Source of the DNA: Ptychomitrium polyphyllum
Lineage: Eukaryota
DNA: 64,000 bases
Direction of reading: 5' to 3'
Assembly (NCBI GenBank): GCA_973851085.1
Contig: OZ316775.1
Coordinates: 9,548,001 to 9,612,000 of the forward strand
The position numbers and the translations under genes are program-made. The notes below the pieces were generated by a model. That model had not been told where the DNA came from, searched no databases, and was given only the letters and a program-made list of their open reading frames with translations. The first letter of the stretch is position 1. Every line of letters starts with the position of its first letter. Shown in pieces: positions 26,286 to 39,999 of the stretch.

Positions 26286-28506
26286 TTACAACTGCACGTC
26301 CTGAATGTCAAGTTTAACCACTGCGGATTTGTCTGCAGGAGCAAGAAATGGCTTCCTTGGCGTTGATCTTCGGTAGATTGCATACAGGACTAGTTGTACT
26401 GTCCCCAAAACCATTCCTGTGATATTCGGAATCTGGCCATGAGCAGCCTCATGTCAATAAATTTCACGATCAATCAGACGGTACAAGTAACATGCAATTG
26501 GTTGAACCCATAAATTTTGAACTTTGAAGCACTCTGCTGGTTGACTCACCCATAGAGTAAAATCCGGCACAGAGACTCCCCTCAACTGGAAGCAGGCTTC
26601 CGGACTACTATGTTCACCAGGCACACACTAACGGTTTTGATGGAATATACTCTTTGGTTCATGAAAGCTTCAAAAAGGTCAGGGTTTCTTCTGAAATTGA
26701 GAAATTGTCATGAACCTCATTACGATCGGCCACAGCTAAAGAGAGTAAATATTAATAAGAAACTAATAAGGAATTATTATTATTGTGCTGGGGGATTACG
26801 AAATGTAAAAAAAGTTGTAATCATACTCTTTATTTGCGAACTTTCTAGAATTCCCATGTTGTAAGAACCTTGATACATACACAAGATCATGTATTTTGTG
26901 CCCCTTAGTTCACTAATTTACCCCTTATTAGTCTGCACGAGATGATAGACAAGATAAAGTGAAAGAAACTTACACCAATATATAAATCGATCTTTGGCAA
27001 AAATGAGTAGATTGTCCAGGCGGAGCTATTCAGAAAAACGAAGAGGGAAAGCATAAATGGCATGAACTCCACACTTTTCGTTCGTATTACCGTCCTCTGT
27101 TCAAATCAAACACAGACCAACTAAAACTGTATAAACTTGAATTCGATTCATTCAAAATAACAGCAACCTAAGTAGGCAATATCATTTTACTAATTTAAAT
27201 TGTAGATGAACAAACGCATGCTCCAGGTGGTGACATACCATGATTGTGAGAGGAGCTGCATACATAGCTGAGGTCAGAACAGCACTCAGAACGCCCAGAA
27301 TAGTTCTTCTAGTGTTCAAATCTTTCACAAGACCCACTACCAATCCTGTCATCAGTATAAACCCAGTCGCCATAGCTGTGAACACTTTCACCACCTTCAT
27401 CTGTACTCATAGCAGGGAAAGTGAATTTAGTACAGAAAAGAAAACCTACAATACCATAACACCACTCCAGGATAATTTTGCTGATTGTAAAATTCTGGAG
27501 GAAATAAAGAAATGGCTACTATTAGGTCCTCTATTTGCCAAGCTTGCAAATAATGAACAGTAGCTTAGAGATCACGATGAGCTTGTCTATATTGCAAAAC
27601 TAACTCAATTAAATCGAATTTCAAGTTATGTATTCAACGTTCTAGCTGAGTTGCAGAAAAGCATGACCAATAGCCTGGGTGACATACCCTCGCCTTTCCC
27701 TCGGAGAAGAGAATATGTACAGCGATGAAAAAAATCTCAAGGGCAGCGCCTGCCGCGTTGATGGTCACCACTAACACTTGATAGTTCACCACTGGGAGGC
27801 CGTAGACCGTCCACAAACTGCAGTTTAGCGCCGAAGTCAAATATGGGACCCCTGAAAAATCTTCCACTTTTTTGTTCCTGATGATCCTCCAGAACGTAGG
27901 TCTGCATGGAATACATGTCCCACAATGCATGAATCAGTTATAACTCCTTAACCAGTGTTTTCATTATCAACCTTACCCTTGAGAGTATTAATTCTTTCAG
28001 GTCGGAGATACTGAACTGGCTAGTTACGAGAGTCTCCCTCTTTTTGGGAAAAGTTTGAAGTTAAGCAGGGTTCGAGCAGGGTGCATGATAATTTGTAATT
28101 TGGAATTGAAATGTAACTGCCTAGAATGAGAGAAGAGGGATTCAAAATTGTAGGATTTAAAAGGATCATTACAGTAGGAGAGCTAAAGTACTTACAGAGG
28201 GGACAAGAACAAGAATGCGGCAGTTACGTTACCTGCAGACACATCGCATAAAAAAAGTGTCCAACAGAATTTAGGCGCTAAGACTTGATCAGATACATAA
28301 TTCACAAGCGACCACAAGTACGCTAAGCTCTTCAGAGTTTTGAACTCATAAGTTTTGGATACATTTTGCTCAGTCTGAACATCCGCAGTTGAAGTGAATA
28401 GAAAGGTGACGACTGAACTCACAAGTTCACCAAAGTTTCAATGTTCTATGCAGAGGGGAGGTTGCTTACCCAAGACTCCAAACACAACCTTGTCGAGGGA
28501 AGTCAT
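26286..28506 (-). CDS. SWEET: SWEET (MtN3/saliva) sugar transporter, 6 exons (28506-28470, 28232-28196, 27901-27688, 27400-27239, 27096-26974, 26432-26286)
   Basis: [79 protein letters not shown]. Canonical SWEET exon layout including a 37-bp second exon. Confidence 0.96.
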
Positions 28507-31500
28507 TGTGCTGTTGAGCCTAGCAAACTCAAGACTTCCTTTGAATTGATAATTAGCAGCTGGCTTCCCTTCAGCTTTCTGCGGCAAAGGAGTTCACTTC
28601 TGTACAAATGTTGTATGACTATGCCTACGAAATCAAGAAGTTGCTATCGCAAGACACGACTTCCAGAGCCTTTAGACTCAGGTAATTTTCAAGAAGCCTC
28701 TCAAGAACATCTGCTAGAGTATATTATTAATTTGTAGTTGTCTTCCAATCAAATCGAGAACAAACTGGAACACGTGCAATGAGACAAAATGCTCGCACAA
28801 ATTTTTGTATATAATCACAATTCATCAGATTCATGTGATGAGCTGTAGACAGAGTACGAGTTTGGCAGGAAATCAAACCAACGCGCAACTTGCAAGCTTT
28901 GGACTCAAAGGGCAGGCCACGGTAATGGTTGATGTGATACGGCGTTCTGGTTGATGCAGTACAGAATTATGATTGATGGTACCTGTGAATGGACATCAAA
29001 TTGTAAGTGCTTCGAGCAGTTCAAGTGTTTAAACGATTCTCGAGTACACGCCAAACACGAATCGGACTAAAAGGGACGAATGGCTTACTGGAAGTACAGC
29101 GGCACTGACAAACAAAAAGGAATCTTAGAAATCATAACTCAAAGTACTAGGCTCTGCATTGTAACCAAGAAAAGTATTACTCAATCTAGGACTTTCAATT
29201 CATAATCGATAAATCAACGTCATGGCGTAACTCTCTCGTCATGGAAGTCTCCTAACGCTTGAAATCCTCTTATTGCTACTGGTTTTGCCCCAGCTCAGAA
29301 GGAACTGTTTCAGTCCGACACCACTAATGATCAATACGGCAACACTTTGGAATCTAGGCCGGCTTCTGCAACCGAGGCGTCTAGCCTAATTCGCACGAAA
29401 GAAAAAACAAAAGCAGACCTAATATCCAAAAAAAAATAGGATCCACTCTAGAAAGTGCAACTAATAAAGTTTGTGCTATATCTCGATGTGCGACTTTGCA
29501 AGCCATTGATAATGTGATGGTGGAGAACTTGAGGCGCTACAACCTCTCATACAGTACAGTTATTCCTCAGAAATACTCACTCAACTGGCCAGATTCGCTG
29601 TATATGGACTTGCAACAGAAAAAAATGGCCACTAATTTCCAAATTCTAAACTCTTAGTTCAAACGCTTCAAGACCCTATATGGATTAGTAGAATGTCACC
29701 TCCTTAGCAGCCCATCATGCAACTTATCCAAACCTTTCGATCTGTATGTCATTCTAAGATGAGAGCTGGCACTTATTGCTCGAGGTTGCATTAAAATGCC
29801 AAGGAGGATCTTTTATAGACACCACTAAAGATACAACGGATAATCATCTTCCTGGATTCTCCCCTGTCTTGTTCTTTGATGTTTAATTTCTAGCCAAACT
29901 GTCTGAATTCTCGAGAAACCCTCCGATCACCACTTTTGATACTACAACTTAGTCAACGTGTAGCCCCCTTTGCTAAGCTACGGCCTTTCCCGTAATTTTT
30001 GTTCCAGTGCGCACAAACGACTACATATACTGAATGCATGGAAATTTAAAGTGCTCCCAGGTGAGGCATGGTTCTTGGATCCATTCAACACTAGACTGCT
30101 TTAACATGCCAGTTGCAAAATGCTTCTGTAGGAAGGTTGTAGTACTATTGGGATTGACAGATGGTCCATGAAGGTGTGGGTGCCATTGAGCCACAGAATG
30201 AGCAAAAGTGGGATTCGAGCGGCATCTTCTGAGCGGTCTTCTGTGTTGCAACTCCAGTTTGTTGCCATTTCGCTGACTTTATTTGGTGGTTCATAATTCA
30301 TGAATATAGTGATACAGTATTTACTAAAAAACAAAAGTTAGTGAAAGTGGTACATGTGTACTATGGACGAAATGTATATTTCTACCATTTAAATTCAAAC
30401 CAGTAAATTTGTTGCACCCCTTTGGAGTCTTCCCATCTTCCTCTAATTTCATGAGGGATAATACAATTGCCCATATTTATTCATAGCTCTTCCCACCAAA
30501 GCTGATTTGAATGGTGTGTTTTATGCACATTCAAAGATGAATCAAAATTCATAACTTCCTCATACAACATCCAAAAATACATGTATCCATAACATGTGCC
30601 TGGCAGCTGCATGTTTGAAGAACAACAAAAATGAATACATATGGGTGACATGATCAACCACAGATGGCTGGGATGCTAGAGTATCAGTAAGCAACATGGA
30701 TGGTCCACAGAAGCAAGCTTGCAATATGGATGGCTTTATGTAGATATCCACTGAATCCATCATACAAAGTGATGGCGATGCAGGCTTTCAGTACAATGTG
30801 CATATAGAATATTTCTATATCAAAGTTTCATGGACTAAGTTATCCATGGATACTCATTTTCACAAAAATTCATGCTTTCAGATGTATTGCTAGATTGCAT
30901 AAAATACATCTGAGTTTGCCCCAATTTGTCTGTACCAGGTTTATATGCCTGAGTTGTTTATTTAGAATATTTCTATCACCTGCAAAAAAACAGAAGGTCT
31001 TATTAATTATTTGAAGATGAATTTTAAAAATATATCAAAGGTGAATAACATAATTTAATTTAAATACTTTTAATAATAATAATAATAATAACAAAAACAA
31101 ATTACAAATGTTTCAAATTAAGCAAAGTGGATGGAGCCAGTATACTCTTCTTCCACCTACTTATGGGATCTTTTCAATTCCTTGAAGGTCATGTGAATAT
31201 AAAAAATGTATAAATATTGGATTCCTAATTATAGGAATTTAAGCACTGGGTAGACTTTTGAGACCCACTTACATGCATAAAACTTAAAGTCTTTGGATGA
31301 ATAAATTTAAACCATTGACAGATATTTATGTGTCTATCATAATTGGTATTAGAAAGTTGTCTTAGAAAGTTGAAGAAAAAATAATTCCATGTGCTATTAG
31401 TGAAATTTCAAAAAAGAATTTAGATACTAATTTCAAACTCTTAATACAAAAATAAGCCAAATCTTGTTTTGAATGCTTTTGTTATCCTACTTTCAAAGTA

Positions 31501-32066
31501 AGTACCAAAATTAAATATAAATTTAAATGAAAAATACATTTAGAAAAAACAACATTAAATATAAAATATAGTAGTTCTTTAAAAAAACTATAGTCTTTTT
31601 AAAAAATACTATAGAAAAACACAAAAGATATTGTTATAGAATAGATGTTCAGTGATGCAAAATGCACACGAGCTCATCCATACAACAAAAGACCAAGAAA
31701 ACTAACCATTTAAAATTAGCCTTATCTCTAAGTTCTTATATTACAAGTTTATAGGCCAAAAATATGGATTTTTTAATGCAAATACACTAACAATTAGTCT
31801 AATCAACAAGATGTATTTGATAAATTGCAATAGCTTGGTAAGTTGGTAATATCAACAAATTTGCAACCATGTCTTGAATTTCACAAAAAATGAAGTTGAT
31901 TTTATCTATATCCATCTTCTTATAATTAAAATAAGCTTGAATATCTATAGTCTTGAAATGAGCATGAAATGCATATTTTGTTGAAAGAGAAACACAACTA
32001 TGATTCTTATAAAAATAATCATAGAACCACTTTATAAAAGTCTAATGTATTTATTAAAAAAAATAT

Positions 32067-32402
32067 TCCAAAGTGCTTTTTTTGTTGCCTCCTATTTATA
32101 CTATGACACTTGTATCTCCTAGCATACTTCTAAAGAAGCTTTCTATAAGACTTAAGAATGTTTTTAAAGTTTATGGAATCTTCCCAAGAAGTTTTCTAAG
32201 ATGTTGGAACTTTTCTAAGAAACCACTAAGGAGTTAAAACCTTCCTAGGAAGGTTCCTAAGAGGTGTAACTTTTATAGAAAATTTTACAAGGATGTGGAA
32301 ATGGTTATGGAGACATTGAAAGTATTATAAGAAGTTACTATAATATATTCGAAGGTTCTAGAAGGTTTTAAAGATTATATTGCATGATCTATGTCCGTAA
32401 CA
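32067..32402 (-). repeat. 3' LTR (truncated, internally deleted) of the gypsy element, with adjacent polypurine tract 32403-32416
   Basis: Aligns by eye with 39441-39954. The plus strand ends in ...gtccgtaaca, and the adjacent sequence reads aaaagaggaggtaa on the minus strand (PPT). Confidence 0.8.
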
Positions 32403-32960
32403 TTACCTCCTCTTTTAGCAATAAGTCCCATAAAGAGGTCTTCTTGTAGCTTGCTTGTCACATCTCTACAAATTCCAAAATTTGTCAAAAAAAGGAAGCA
32501 ATATATTTTGCTCGTTATTCTTTGCCCACTAGTTCAACTAATCCTTGCAAAAAGTGCAAATGACTACTAGCCAAGAATTCTAATGTTGAAATATCTTAGA
32601 CTAAGATTTAATCTTCATTAAGTCCTTCAAAACATCCTCCAAAGAGGATCTCCGGTCCTCTAGGAATGATTTTTTCAATTTTTAATAAGATAACTAGAAT
32701 TCAAGTATCTAAATCAAAACTGGAATGTGAAGGGCGACTAGCCAATATTTTTGCACAAGGTTGCATTTAATATTAAAATGTCTTTCTTATATCTTGGCTA
32801 AGATCTTCTAGTACTAAATGTTGAAAAAATTGAATTGTTTCAACAAATGCTGTTGTTGAAGAAGGCACAATTGATTGCTCTTTATGCATATCCATGATAA
32901 CACAAAGATTTGACATATTGGCTAAGATCTAGAAATGATCTATCTTGAAAATAATGCTAC

Positions 32961-34125
32961 TGTCACAATCCTTGTAATGCACCTTAACAAACATCACGCG
33001 CGTCAATTCTGTACACTCCCACATGCACATGGTTAACGCCCATTTTCACTCTCCAAGTTCCAAGCTTGGTTTCCAATTCTTCCTACCATTTTTTTTAGGA
33101 CACCCAATTGATTGGTAGCCAATGGTTAGGTGCGGACTTCCATTCATATCCAAGGCCTCACTTGGTGTTATTGCCATTCTATACGGCCTAACCGCACTTA
33201 GTGGTACCTCCTCACCACCACTCATAATGCCCATGTGATTCCAGGATCACCCTGGGCCATCATGGTGTCGGCGTGAAGACACCACCCCAACTTAGTGGTA
33301 ATAAGCGTGTCCTTCTAATCTCACTAGTTTCCTTTGTGAAACTAGTCATCCACCGGCTCACAATGGTATGGGAGTCCCCATGGTGAAGCCCCAACACTAG
33401 CTCCACCAACCGGAACTCACCATTGATTCCTACCAGGACACTAGGGGAGTGGGGAGGAGGACCAACCTTCCTCTATAGTACTCTCTGCGGGATTTGGCAG
33501 GCCCCCTGGCCCTCTGTAGCTGGCTAAACCCCGGCACATTAAAACTTTTGGAAGACCACCCGATCTCCCTTGGAACTTAGCCGCTAGAAGCCTCCAAGAT
33601 TTCCAGCGGACCTTCAGGGAGCCATATCTTCCACGTTTGGTATCCGAATCTATCAAGCAATCATTCTATCGTCATTTATTTTTTGCGTAGATGCCGATAG
33701 ACTCCTCAAACGTCCAATTTGACTTAGTATTTTGGGAGATATGCCTCTCTAAGGTTCAAAACTCTTAGGAAGTCCCTCCCTCTACTGTCCCAGTCCAGTA
33801 CAGTCACTGTCTAGGGTTGCCATAGTCCAGAACAACCCCTTGGCAGTTCCAACTTTGAGATGCCATATCTTTTAGCTCCCTTGTCCAATTTGAAAAATCT
33901 TTAGCATTCTAGAATCAACTCGTCATGAGTACTCTAATGCGTATAATTTCTCTCTTGTGGCCCTCGGTCTACATGGGCAAGGATGTTTCTCTTTCTCGGG
34001 ATCTTTCTCACGTTAGGCCTACTCGAGCCACATTACTATTGGCGCTATAAGTCCTGGACGTCATTCCGGGGTCCCCCTTGTGCCCTAAGTGTTGCAGGGC
34101 ACTCCTCAAAGAGAGGTGCATAACA
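32961..34125. mobile_element. Nested solo LTR (1165 bp) with perfect 5-bp TSD GCTAC
   Basis: Begins TGTCA, ends TAACA, and is flanked by gctac at 32956-32960 and 34126-34130. Clearly more GC-rich than the host element. Confidence 0.85.
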
Positions 34126-37100
34126 GCTACATACAATTGGAGGTTTTGATATCTCTCCTCTCTTTTTATACTTGTATATGGAAAAAACTTCTATGTGAAA
34201 TTAATGGTTAGTGATAACACATCATCATTGACTTAGTTTTTGAATATAATTTTGATGAAATTTGCATATCTTTTCACACACTTGTTACGTTTATCGAAGG
34301 TTCCTATGTTTAACTATTGATATTATATCCTTGCTAATGTATAAGGTACTCCACACGTCCATTTTTAATACGTGAATTTAAGATCTCTTCAATTTTATAC
34401 CCCATTTCATTATTGATTTTCACCAAAGGAGGCAAAGGGACAATCCTCTCTAGTATACATGATTTATTGTTGGTTTCCAACAATGATATGTGGAACACTG
34501 GATGAATTTGCATGATTGATGGTAGTTTGAGGCAATAACTAACTAGCTTTATTCGTTTGCTGATTTCAAACGGTCTCAAGCTTTGATAGTCCAGCTTCTT
34601 TAATGGTCTTTTTGTTTGTATGTTTTGTCGTAGGAGCCATATGCTATCTACAACCTTGAATTTTGGATGGTCCTTCCAATAATGATCTGCATAAATTTTG
34701 TAACAATCTTGAGCTTGTTGTAATCAAAAAACAAGTTCTTGGTAGATTTTAGTAAATTGAATTGCAAAATCCTTTGCTGCAAAACTTTCAACATGCTTGA
34801 CTTGAAATGGGTCTAATGAAGGATGATGGCCATAGTTTACAAAGAATGAAATTTGAGTTGTTGAAGAATGCATTGTATTGTTGTAAACAAACTCTGCCAA
34901 AGGTAAGAGGTCCATCCAATTGTTTTGTTAGTAGTTTATGCTGCAATAAAGGTATTGCTTTAAAATTTGATTCATACATTCGGTTTGACTATCAGTCTGC
35001 AGATGATGTGCTGAAGAAAGGTTGATTTTCACAAGCAATAATTGAAATTGAGCCTTCCAAAAATTGAAAATGAAGTGCAGCGCTTGATTGGATACAATAT
35101 CATTTAGTAGTCCATGTATATAATAGACGTGATTTAGAAACAACTTGGCAGTTTCTTCTCTCGTTATCGTCTTATTGCATGGAATGAAATATGCCATCTT
35201 GGTAAACCAATCCACTACTAGTAAAATAAAATCCTTAAAATTGGAGTTTGGAAGATCCGTAATAAAATCCATTGACAATAACAACTATGAATTCTTTGGT
35301 ACTAAAATTAAGTGGAAGAGACCATGATATTGGTGTCTTGGTACCTTTGCCCTTGCACAAGTGACACATGATCAAATAAAGTCCTTCACGTATTTCTACA
35401 TTTGCGGCCATTAATAGTCTTTAGCAATCAATACCATTATTTTATTGAATCCAAAATGCCTTGCTACTGGAAATTCATGACATGCTTGAAGGATCTTCAA
35501 TCGCATTGGACCTAGAAGTAGATACAAAAGTCTTCTTTAATAAAGTAGGCCTTTTTAGAATTCAAAGTCCTCATTACTATTTGAAGGATTTTGGTTGTCT
35601 TTGAGGCACCTCCTTATATTTGAAATAAAAATATCATTCTTCAAAGCTCTCCGAATTTCATCAAGATGGAATGTTGTCATAATAACCAATGCTTTCAATT
35701 GAATATTTTGTGGCTTCAATAAAGTATTCTTTTACTGATTCAAAATATCATCTCCAAATTGAAGAGCTAAATAAGATTTTTAAAATACAACATCTGGCTT
35801 ATTTTGTAAGCTACCAAGTCAATAGATAATGACAAAATCAAATCTAGAAAGCTATATACTCTACCTTGCTTAATAACGATTCAAAATGCACAGACTCATG
35901 AAGTACTTTAAATTCTTGTAGTCTGTGTATATTGTAATGGTATGTTGAGCTCATTCAAATAAGTGCCGCCATTCTTCAAATGCATCCATAATTGTAAATA
36001 ATTCCTTATTATGTATATCATGATTGATCTCTGCCGCTGATAACTTCCTTGAACAAAAAGCAATAGAATGGAATCTTCAATCTTCATCATATTATTAGAG
36101 TACTAAGCTAAGCGCAAAATTTGAGGCATCCATTTCCAAATAGAAAAGCTTTAATGGATTTGGATAAATAAAGATTGGAGCCAACGTGAATGATTTTTTA
36201 AGACCTTAAAATGCTCTTTCCGCTTCTTCATTCCAAGTGAATTTTTATTTTCCCGTACTTTCCCGTAAATCTTATCTGTGGTGCTGCAATTTTGGAATAA
36301 TCTTTAATGAATATCTTGTAAAAGTTTGCATATTTCAAAAAGAATTGAACATCTTGAATTGATCTTTGGATATTCCAATCCAAAACAATGCTTATTTTTT
36401 TCTCATCCATATAGATTCCTCCTTTGGAAATGATATAGTTTAAAAATTCAACTGAGGATTCATAGAAAAGAAACTTCTTTAATTTGGCATATAATTTGGC
36501 ATATAAAGTAGTTTTTCTAAAACCAGTCACACATGATATTTTTAGTCTTGTTCATCTTTTGAATACATCAAAATGTCATCCATGTAGATGACTACGAAAT
36601 CGTCCAAATGTTTACAGAAGATATTATTCATTATGTGTTGGAAGACTATAGGGGCATTAGTAAAGCCAAAAGGCATGACATTATATTCAAAATGGCCATA
36701 TCTAGATCAAAAGGTTGTCTTCCATTTGTCTCCTTCTTTTATGCTTACGAGATTATAAGTTCCTCTAAGATCAATTTTGGTGAATATCTTTACTTTGCCA
36801 AGTTGTTGTAGGAGTCCTAAGGTTAATATTAATGGATAGTAATTCTTCTTGATCACTTTATTGAGGCCTCAATAGTCTCCGTATATACGTAATAATCCAT
36901 CTTTCTTCTTTACAAATAAAATGGGTGCTCTAGTAGGGGATTTAAAATGTTGGATGAAGCCTTTTCGAGGTTTTTATCAATATATTCTCTCAATGCAGTC
37001 AACTCAATTTGTGGTAGATTATAGATAGATCCAAAAGGTAGTTGGGCTCCTTTTTGCAACTCAATGGTACAATCATAAGGCCAATGCTTTGGTAAAATAT

Positions 37101-38193
37101 TTGCATTTTTCTTTTTGAAAATGTCTTTATAATCTTGGTATTAATGAAATATGCCCTGATTAGTCTTTAATATAGAGCTAGACATTGGTGTAGCATAAAT
37201 GGCACAGGTTGATTCATCCTTTGCCATTCTCATGAATGCCTTAGCTCCAATAAATAATGGTCTAAGATTTTTTTTTGTACCTTAACGTCTTTTCTTTGAA
37301 ACCACACTCCGTGAGTACCAATTAATGTCTAGAAGATAATTTTAGATGCTTGGTCTTCTAAAAAAACCTCTAAAGGTTGAGTTTCTGCAATAATATTGCC
37401 AAGTACAAAAGATTGTCTATCAATAACTTCAATAGGTGCGAGGAATTTTTTATTTACAAGCACCATGTGGTGTTTGGTTGCAAAATTCTTTATCCATGAA
37501 GCATGCAATTGCACCAGTGTCCAAAAGAGCTTCACTAACTATTTCATCATCTAACAATTTAATTTTGATAGGAAACATAAAGTAAAAGGTGGAATTGAAG
37601 GTAATAAGACACCTTGATTTGATGGTTGTTTCCTTGTAGTGTCAAGTCGCATGGTGCCTATCGTGACTGAATAACCTCATTTTTCAACTCCACCATTGTG
37701 CTTTGAGCCTTAAAGGAAAATCCTTTAATTTGGCAGTTAAGCATTTTATGTCCAGACTTGCAATAACACAAACATAAATTTCTTCTTTGACACCTTTTTT
37801 TTTTTTTCAAGAATCAAATGTGTAAATTAGGCAACATCAATTTGCATAGGTTCTGATCTTTGTAATCTGCTTTCCACTACTATTGAAGAAGTGGTTGCCA
37901 TACCTTGATGTACCGGTCACCATTCCAAGTATTGTTCTTGGCGACTCTTAAATAGTCTATTATTACATGTTATTGCTTGAGTGATGAATTTGTCCAATAT
38001 TTCAACCTTTGGCATTGTGAGTAGCAAATTTTTCACATTTTTTTCAAGTGCCATCAAAATCGTGTGACCAAGGCCTTATCAATCCAATCAAGGTTCCAAG
38101 CTAATTGTCAAAATTCTGCAGTATATATAGCAGCCAAATGCTGTCTTTGTTATAGACTCTGGATCCTTATTTGAGCCACCCTCTTTTTGTCAA

Positions 38194-38644
38194 TATTATG
38201 TATAGAGTAACCACAAGACAAGGCTCTAGGATTCCAGAATGTGGAACAAGATAAGTCCAAATATATTAGAGGTATAAAGCTACAACAAGGAACAAAAGGC
38301 AAGGCCAAAAATTCTGAGCTAGACCACAAGAGATGTATTGTCAAGACTAAAGAGCACTTCAGCCTTGACTCCTATATATACTAGAACTACAAGCCTTAGA
38401 AGCTTCTTGAAAAGCTTCATCTACATTGTTTCGTACTCAAGCAACCTTGAGTTGCTTCCTTGGAAGCTTCCTAAGTCAAGGCAACTTCCTTGGAAGCTTT
38501 CTAACCCAAAGGTAACTTCTTTGGAAGCTTCTTTAATCCAAGGTAATTTCCTTAGAAGTTTCCTAAGTCTAGAAAACTTCCTTGGAAGCTTTCTAAATCT
38601 TCTAAAAACCTTTTTAAATGCTTCTAATATGTATGTCCGTGACA
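38194..38644. mobile_element. Nested solo LTR (~451 bp) inserted in gag, TSD GTCAA/GTCGA
   Basis: Interrupts the gag frame (TFGDID | KKRVAQIRIQSL). Flanks are gtcaa (38189-38193) and gtcga (38645-38649). Ends ...gtccgtgaca and has internal ~31-bp cttccttggaag subrepeats. Confidence 0.8.
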
Positions 38645-39336
38645 GTCGATGTCTCCAAAAGTAGATGTCAACGCGTTCATGAAAGCATCTAAGTAGTTCA
38701 TTAATAATAACTGCTACTCCATTAATGGTGCAAACCACGATAGTACATTATTTGATAGAAGAGTGTACAAAATCTACTTGAATTGTGCCATAAAAATAGC
38801 AAAATTGATGCAAACTAAAAAAGAACCTTACTTGTTGAACAAAGCCTTTCAATTTTGATCTATATCCATCAAACTTCTCTAGCATGTTGATCTTTGGCTT
38901 TGCATGGTTTTGATGTAAGCGTGCTCTTCTAATATTGGCCTCTTGTAATCGAACAACTTCTTGATATAAACTTTAAATATTGCCATTGGATTTATTAGCT
39001 TGCTAAGTGTGGTGCTCTAAATTATTGGTGGTGTTGAAACAAGTGAGTTCCGTTCAAATTATGTTTAATCAGTCTTGAAGGTCTATAATAGTTGCAAACC
39101 TATTCTTTGATGTTTTAAGCATGTTATCCATTATTTAAGATTGTCAAATACAAAAAGACTATTAATGCCTTCAAAGGAAGGTAATCCATGTCTTTTGAAA
39201 CATTGAATCTTCTTCAAAAGGAGTAGTACTTGCTTTTAGAAGAAGAAACCAATTTATAGTGTTAGCTTAGAGGAGGGTAATCTGCAATTTCTAAGACGCT
39301 ATGGGATTATAGAGAAGATAGGTAATCCACTATCTT

Positions 39337-39954
39337 TGTCAAAGAACCTAAGCTTTGACAAAATTGAAGAGTAGTTTTGCCAAATTGTTAAGGGCACAAG
39401 AAACAAAAAGCAAAAATGAAGTGTTTTCCAAGAATTAGCTTCCAAAGTGCTAATGATTAACAAAAATTGATACAAAGATTAGAGCAAGGCAGAATACAAT
39501 ATGATCCACAATTTGTAATGGCAAGACTAAGGAATACCTTGTCTTGCTTCCTATTTATACTATGATTTTTGTATCTCCTAGGATACTTCTAAAGAAGTTT
39601 CCTACATGGCTTAAAAATATTCTAGAAGTCTATAGAACCTTCCCAAGAAGTTTCCCAAGATGTTGGAACCTTCCTAAGAAACTTCTAAGGAATTGGAACC
39701 TTCCTTGGAAGTTTCTTAATGTGGTGGGACCTTCTTAGGAAGTTTCCTAAAGGGATAGGACCTTCCTAGGAAATTTCTTGAGATGATGGAATCTTTGTAG
39801 GAAGCTTTCTGAGAGGTAGAATTTTCCTAGGAAGTTTTCCAAAGACGTGGAAATGGCTATGGAGACATTGAAAGTATTCTAAGAAGCTACTATAATATTT
39901 TAGAAAGTTCTAGAAGGTTTTAAAGACTATATTGCATGCTCTATATCCATGACA
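39337..39954 (-). repeat. 5' LTR of the gypsy element
   Basis: TGTC...GACA ends, seven ~30-bp subrepeats with palindromic cttcctaggaag cores, homologous to 32067-32402. The left boundary is approximate. Confidence 0.8.
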
Positions 39955-39999
39955 ATTTCTACTATAAAAAAATACCTGCTTAAGTACCTATTATTTCAT

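Larger units (their letters stand above)
32067..39954 (-). mobile_element. Decayed Ty3/gypsy (chromovirus-type) LTR retrotransposon
   Basis: Minus-strand order: gag (LSWFAPLME, AIYTAEF.QLA), zinc knuckle CLCYCKSGHKMLNC (~37730-37780), protease ALLDTGA (~37510-37530), [11 protein letters not shown] (~36570-36595), RNase H, integrase SMDFITDLP...VVD.FTKMA.F, GPY/F-chromodomain IHPVFHISLLE...Y.IEEIL..R....RVEYLIH. Many stops and frameshifts. Direct-repeat LTRs at both ends. Confidence 0.93.

Noticed and set aside
30020..30990. Possible decayed coding fragment
   Set aside because: No frame gave a motif I could recognise.
38338..38738. ORFs with repeated LPWKL / KLPRKF peptides
   Set aside because: Translations of LTR subrepeats, not proteins.
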